Source: Auanema rhodensis (taxonomy: Eukaryota; Animalia; Nematoda). Taken from it: a stretch of DNA of 64,000 nucleotides. The notes below the pieces were generated by a model. That model had not been told where the DNA came from and did no database searches. It saw nothing but the letters and a program-made list of their open reading frames with translations. Location: contig OZ059899.1 of assembly GCA_964057225.1 (NCBI GenBank), forward strand, positions 21,402,505 through 21,466,504, written 5' to 3'. Made by a program: the position numbers and the translations under genes. Numbering within the stretch: the first letter of the stretch is position 1; each line of letters opens with the position of its first letter. Below are positions 56,501-64,000 of this stretch, in pieces.

Positions 56501-59500
56501 ATATTGGTGCATGGTAACCATGACTTTGAAATTTACGTGAACTTTAATTTATGCTAATTAAATGTACACGTGATGTGCACTTGGTATGTAACTCGCTTCA
56601 CGTGAAAGATAAAGAGATGCGGTTTTTAAATTAGATTCCCCATGTCCATATTAGTCTAAAAACCAATTTTTATTGATATTGGTGCATGGTAACCATGACT
56701 TTGAAATTTACGTGAACTTTAATTTATGCTAATTAAATGTACACGTGATGTGCACTTGGTATGTAACTCGCTTCACGTGAAAGATAAAGAGATGCGGTTT
56801 TAAAATTAGATTCCCCATGTCCATATTAGTCTAAAAACCAATTTTTATTGATATTGGTGCATGGTAACCATGGCTTTGAAATTTACGTGAACTTTAATTT
56901 ATGCTAATTAAATGTACACGTGATGTGCACTTGGTATGTAACTCGCTTCACGTGAAAGATAAAGAGATGCGGTTTTCAAAATTAGATTCCCCATGTCCAT
57001 ATTAGTCTAAAAACAAATTTTTATTGATATTGGTTCATGGTAACCATGACTTTGAAATTTACGTGAACTTTAATTTATGCTAATTAAATGTACACGTGAT
57101 GTGCACTTGGTATGTAACTCGCTTCACGTGAAAGATAAAGAGATGCGGTTTTCAAAATTAGATTCCCCATGTCCATATTAGTCTAAAAACAAATTTTTAT
57201 TGATATTGGTTCATGGTAAACATGACTTTGAAATTTACGTGAACTTTAATTTATGCTAATTAAATGTACACGTGATGTGCACTTGGTATGTAACTCGCTT
57301 CACGTGAAAGATAAAGAGATGCGGTTTTCAAAATTAGATTCCCCATGTCCATATTAGTCTAAAAACAAATTTTTATTGATATTGGTTCATGGTAAACATG
57401 ACTTTGAAATTTACGTGAACTTAATTTATGCTAATTAAATGTACACGTGATGTGCACTTGGTATGTAACTCGCTTCACGTGAAAGATAAAGAGATGCGGT
57501 TTTCAAAATTAGATTCCCCATGTCCATATTAGTCTAAAAACCAATTTTTATTGATATTGGTGCATGGTAACCATGACTTTGAAATTTACGTGAACTTTAA
57601 TTTATGCTAATTAAATGTACACGTGATGTGCACTTGGTATGTAACTCGCTTCACGTGAAAGATAAAGAGATGCGGTTTTTAAAATTAGATTCCCCATGTC
57701 CATATTAGTCTAAAAACCAATTTTTATTGATATTGGTGCATGGTAACCATGACTTTGAAATTTACGTGAACTTTAATTTATGCTAATTAAATGTACACGT
57801 GATGTGCACTTGGTATGTAACTCGCTTCACGTGAAAGATAAAGAGATGCGGTTTTCAAAATTAGATTCCCCATGTCCATATTAGTCTAAAAACCAATTTT
57901 TATTGATATTGTGCATGGTAACCATGACTTTGAAATTTACGTGAACTTTAATTTATGCTAATTAAATGTACACGTGATGTGCACTTGGTATGTAACTCGC
58001 TTCACGTGAAAGATAAAGAGATGCGGTTTTCAAAATTAGATTCCCCATGTCCATATTAGTCTAAAAACAAATTTTTATTGATATTGGTTCATGGTAACCA
58101 TGACTTTGAAATTTACGTGAACTTTAATTTATGCTAATTAAATGTACACGTGATGTGCACTTGGTATGTAACTCGCTTCACGTGAAAGATAAAGAGATGC
58201 GGTTTTCAAATTAGATTCCCCATGTCCATATTAGTCTAAAAACAAATTTTTATTGATATTGGTTCATGGTAACCATGACTTTGAAATTTACGTGAACTTT
58301 AATTTATGCTAATTAAATGTACACATGATGTGCACTTGGTATGTAACTCGCTTCACGTGAAAGATAAAGAGATGCGGTTTTCAAAATTAGATTCCCCATG
58401 TCCATATTAGTCTAAAAACAAATTTTTATTGATATTGGTTCATGGTAAACATGACTTTGAAATTTACGTGAACTTTAATTTATGCTAATTAAATGTACAC
58501 GTGATGTGCACTTGGTATGTAACTCGCTTCACGTGAAAGATAAAGAGATGCGGTTTTCAAAATTAGATTCCCCATGTCCATATTAGTCTAAAAACCAATT
58601 TTTATTGATATTGGTGCATGGTAACCATGACTTTGAAATTTACGTGAACTTTAATTTATGCTAATTAAATGTACACGTGATGTGCACTTGGTATGTAACT
58701 CGCTTCACGTGAAAGATAAAGAGATGCGGTTTTCAAAATTAGATTCCCCATGTCCATATTAGTCTAAAAACAATTTTATTGATATTGGTGCATGGTAACC
58801 ATGACTTTGAAATTTACGTGAACTTTAATTTATGCTAATTAAAATGTACACATGATGTGCACTTGGTATGTAACTCGCTTCACGTGAAAGATAAAGAGAT
58901 GCGGTTTTCAAATTAGATTCCCCATGTCCATATTAGTCTAAAAACAAATTTTTATTGATATTGGTTCATGGTAAACATGACTTTGAAATTTACGTGAACT
59001 TTAATTTATGCTAATTAAATGTACACGTGATGTGCACTTGGTATGTAACTCGCTTCACGTGAAAGATAAAGAGATGCGGTTTTTCAAAATTAGATTCCCC
59101 ATGTCCATATTAGTCTAAAACCAATTTTTATTGATATTGGTGCATGGTAACCATGACTTTGAAATTTACGTGAACTTTAATTTATGCTAATTAAATGTAC
59201 ACGTGATGTGCACTTGGTATGTAACTCGCTTCACGTGAAAGATAAAGAGATGCGTTTTCAAAATTAGATTCCCCATGTCCATATTAGTCTAAAAACAAAT
59301 TTTTATTGATATTGGTTCATGGTAACCATGACTTTGAAATTTACGTGAACTTTAATTTATGCTAATTAAATGTACACGTGATGTGCACTTGGTATGTAAC
59401 TCGCTTCACGTGAAAGATAAAGAGATGCGGTTTTCAAAATTAGATTCCCCATGTCCATATTAGTCTAAAAACAAATTTTTATTGATATTGGTTCATGGTA

Positions 59501-62500
59501 AACATGACTTTGAAATTTACGTGAACTTTAATTTATGCTAATTAAATGTACACGTGATGTGCACTTGGTATGTAACTCGCTTCACGTGAAAGATAAAGAG
59601 ATGCGGTTTTCAAAATTAGATTCCCCATGTCCATATTAGTCTAAAAACCAATTTTTATTGATATTGGTGCATGGTAACCATGACTTTGAAATTTACGTGA
59701 ACTTTAATTTATGCTAATTAAATGTACACGTGATGTGCACTTGGTATGTAACTCGCTTCACGTGAAAAGATAAAGAGATGCGGTTTTCAAAATTAGATTC
59801 CCCATGTCCATATTAGTCTAAAAACAAATTTTTATTGATATTGGTTCATGGTAACCATGACTTTGAAATTTACGTGAACTTTAATTTATGCTAATTAAAT
59901 GTACACGTGATGTGCACTTGGTATGTAACTCGCTTCACGTGAAAGATAAAGAGATGCGGTTTTCAAAATTAGATTCCCCATGTCCATATTAGTCTAAAAA
60001 CAAATTTTTATTGATATTGGTTCATGGTAAACATGACTTTGAAATTTACGTGAACTTTAATTTATGCTAATTAAATGTACACGTGATGTGCACTTGGTAT
60101 GTAACTCGCTTCACGTGAAAGATAAAGAGATGCGGTTTTCAAATTAGATTCCCCATGTCCATATTAGTCTAAAAACAAATTTTTATTGATAATGGTTCAT
60201 GGTAAACATGACTTTGAAATTTACGTGAACTTTAATTTATGCTAATTAAATGTACACGTGATGTGCACTTGGTATGTAACTCGCTTCACGTGAAAGATAA
60301 AGAGATGCGGTTTTCAAAATTAGATTCCCCATGTCCATATTAGTCTAAAAACCAATTTTTATTGATATTGGTGCATGGTAACCATGACTTTGAAATTTAC
60401 GTGAACTTTAATTTATGCTAATTAAATGTACACGTGATGTGCACTTGGTATGTAACTCGCTTCACGTGAAAGATAAAGAGATGCGGTTTCAAAATTAGAT
60501 TCCCCATGTCCATATTAGTCTAAAAACAAATTTTTATTGATATTGGTTCATGGTAACCATGACTTTGAAATTTACGTGAACTTTAATTTATGCTAATTAA
60601 ATGTACACGTGATGTGCACTTGGTATGTAACTCGCTTCACGTGAAAGATAAAGAGATGCGGTTTTCAAAATTAGATTCCCCATGTCCATATTAGTCTAAA
60701 AACAAATTTTTATTGATATTGGTTCATGGTAAACATGACTTTGAAATTTACGTGAACTTTAATTTATGCTAATTAAATGTACACGTGATGTGCACTTGGT
60801 ATGTAACTCGCTTCACGTGAAAGATAAAGAGATGCGGTTTTCAAATTAGATTCCCCATGTCCATATTAGTCTAAAACCAATTTTTATTGATATTGGTGCA
60901 TGGTAACCATGACTTTGAAATTTACGTGAACTTTAATTTATGCTAATTAAATGTACACGTGATGTGCACTTGGTATGTAACTCGCTTCACGTGAAAGATA
61001 AAGAGATGCGGTTTTCAAAATTAGATTCCCCATGTCCATATTAGTCTAAAAACAAATTTTATTGATATTGGTTCATGGTAACCATGACTTTGAAATTTAC
61101 GTGAACTTTAATTTATGCTAATTAAATGTACACGTGATGTGCACTTGGTATGTAACTCGCTTCACGTGAAAGATAAAGAGATGCGGTTTTCAAAATTAGA
61201 TTCCCATGTCCATATTAGTCTAAAAACAAATTTTTATTGATATTGGTTCATGGTAACCATGACTTTGAAATTTACGTGAACTTTAATTTATGCTAATTAA
61301 ATGTACACAAGATGTGCACTTGGTATGTAACTCGCTTCACGTGAAAGATAAAGAGATGCGGTTTTCAAAATTAGATTCCCCATGTCCATATTAGTCTAAA
61401 AACCAATTTTTATTGATATTGGTGCATGGTAACCATGACTTTGAAATTTACGTGAACTTTAATTTATGCTAATTAAATGTACACGTGATGTGCACTTGTA
61501 TGTAACTCGCTTCACGTGAAAGATAAAGAGATGCGGTTTTCAAAATTAGATTCCCCATGTCCATATTAGTCTAAAAACAAATTTTTATTGATATTGGTTC
61601 ATGGTAACCATGACTTTGAAATTTACGTGAACTTTAATTTATGCTAATTAAATGTACACGTGATGTGCACTTGGTATGTAACTCGCTTCACGTGAAAGAT
61701 AAAGAGATGCGGTTTTCAAAATTAGATTCCCCATGTCCATATTAGTCTAAAAACAAATTTTTATTGATATTGGTTCATGGTAACCATGACTTTGAAATTT
61801 ACGTGAACTTTAATTTATGCTAATTAAATGTACACGTGATGTGCACTTGGTATGTAACTCGCTTCACGTGAAAGATAAAGAGATGCGGTTTTCAAAATTA
61901 GATTCCCCATGTCCATATTAGTCTAAAAACCAATTTTTATTGATATTGGTGCATGGTAACCATGACTTTGAAATTTACGTGAACTTTAATTTATGCTAAT
62001 TAAATGTACACGTGATGTGCACTTGGTATGTAACTCGCTTCACGTGAAAGATAAAGAGATGCGGTTTTCAAATTAGATTCCCATGTCCATATTAGTCTAA
62101 AAACAAATTTTTATCGATATTGGTTCATGGTAACCATGACTTTGAAATTTACGTGAACTTTAATTTATGCTAATTAAATGTACACGTGATGTGCACTTGG
62201 TATGTAACTCGCTTCACGTGAAAGATAAAGAGATGCGGTTTTCAAAATTAGATTCCCCATGTCCATATTAGTCTAAAAACCAATTTTTATTGATATTGGT
62301 GCATGGTAACCATGACTTTGAAATTTACGTGAACTTTAATTTATGCTAATTAAATGTACACGTGATGTGCACTTGGTATGTAACTCGCTTCACGTGAAAG
62401 ATAAAGAGATGCGGTTTTCAAAATTAGATTCCCCATGTCCATATTAGTCTAAAAACAAATTTTATTGATATTGGTTCATGGTAACCATGACTTTGAAATT

Positions 62501-64000
62501 TACGTGAACTTTAATTTATGCTAATTAAATGTACACGTGATGTGCACTTGGTATGTAACTCGCTTCACGTGAAAGATAAAGAGATGTGGTTTTCAAAATT
62601 AGATTCCCCATGTCCATATTAGTCTAAAAACCAATTTTTATTGATATTGGTGCATGGTAACCATGACTTTGAAATTTACGTGAACTTTAATTTATGCTAA
62701 TTAAATGTACACGTGATGTGCACTTGGTATGTAACTCGCTTCACGTGAAAGATAAAGAGATGCGGTTTTCAAATTAGATTCCCCATGTCCATTTTAGTCT
62801 AAAAACAAATTTTTATCGATATTGGTTCATGGTAACCATGACTTTGAAATTTACGTGAACTTTAATTTATGCTAATTAAATGTACACGTGATGTGCACTT
62901 GGTATGTAACTCGCTTCACGTGAAAGATAAAGAGATGCGGTTTTCAAAATTAGATTCCCCATGTCCATATTAGTCTAAAAACAAATTTTTATTGATATTG
63001 GTTCATGGTAAACATGACTTTGAAATTTACGTGAACTTTAATTTATGCTAATTAAATGTACACGTGATGTGCACTTGGTATGTAACTCGCTTCACGTGAA
63101 AGATAAAGAGATGCGGTTTTCAAAATTAGATTCCCCATGTCCATATTAGTCTAAAACCAATTTTTATTGATATTGGTGCATGGTAACCATGACTTTGAAA
63201 TTTACGTGAACTTTAATTTATGCTAATTAAATGTACACGTGATGTACACTTGGTATGTAACTCGCTTCACGTGAAAGATAAAGAGATGCGGTTTTCAAAA
63301 TTAGATTCCCCATGTCCATATTAGTCTAAAAACAAATTTTTATTGATATTGGTTCATGGTAACCATGACTTTGAAATTTACGTGAACTTTAATTTAAGCT
63401 AATTAAATGTACACGTGATGTGCACTTGGTATGTAACTCGCTTCACGTGAAAGATAAAGAGATGCGGTTTTCAAATTAGATTCGCCATGTCCATATTAGT
63501 CCTAAAAACAAATTTTTATTGATTATTGGTGCATGGTAACCATGACTTTGAAATTTACGTGAACTTTAATTTATGCTAATTAAATGTACACGTGATGTGC
63601 ACTTGGTATGTAACTCGCTTCACGTGAAAGATAAAGAGATGCGGTTTTCAAAATTAGATTCCCCATGTCCATATTAGTCTAAAAACAAATTTTTATTGAT
63701 ATTGGTTCATGGTAACCATGATTTTGAAATTTACGTGAACTTTAATTTATGCTAATTAAATGTACACGTGATGTGCACTTGGTATGTAACTCGCTTCACG
63801 TGAAAGATAAAGAGATGCGGTTTTCAAAATTAGATTCCCCATGTCCATATTAGTCTAAAAACAATTTTTATTGATATTGGTTCATGGTAAACATGACTTT
63901 GAAATTTACGTGAACTTTAATTTATGCTAATTAAATGTACACGTGATGTGCACTTGGTATGTAACTCGCTTCACGTGAAAGATAAAGAGATGCGGTTTTC

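Larger units (their letters stand above)
14071..64000. repeat. Satellite B: tandem array of a 176-bp AT-rich monomer, about 284 copies; runs off the right edge
   Basis: TCAAAATTAGATTCCCCATG at 14071, 14247, 14423 and onward with period 176. One orientation throughout and no insertion of foreign sequence seen. First monomer is 57/176 G+C by hand count. Confidence 0.99.

Noticed and set aside
1-64000. CRISPR array
   Set aside because: No unique spacers; whole 351- and 176-bp units repeat; no cas genes.

Overview
The window is entirely AT-rich tandem satellite DNA, almost certainly eukaryotic heterochromatin (centromeric/pericentromeric by inference only). It contains two different head-to-tail arrays joined directly with no spacer. 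Satellite A (1-14070) has a 351-bp monomer (350-352), about 40 copies, about 30% GC. Satellite B (14071-64000) has a 176-bp monomer, about 284 copies, about 32% GC. I found no CDS, RNA gene, transposon or CRISPR array and cannot assign either repeat to a named family or species. Points of interest: (i) a clean A/B junction falling at the end of a 67-nt inverted repeat; (ii) a near-exact 2:1 monomer length ratio (351 vs 2x176) with several shared short words; (iii) dense dyad symmetry in both monomers, including a pre-miRNA-sized hairpin in A; (iv) three regularly spaced ACGTGA/E-box motifs per B monomer; (v) a patchwork of local multi-monomer duplications (4- and 6-mer in A; 7-, 11-, 12-, 14-, 15-mer in B); (vi) an abrupt onset of homopolymer indels at about 42.6 kb that most likely reflects sequence quality. 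I cannot support a claim of a new biological system from sequence alone; all functional ideas below are hypotheses. All counts and alignments were done by eye.
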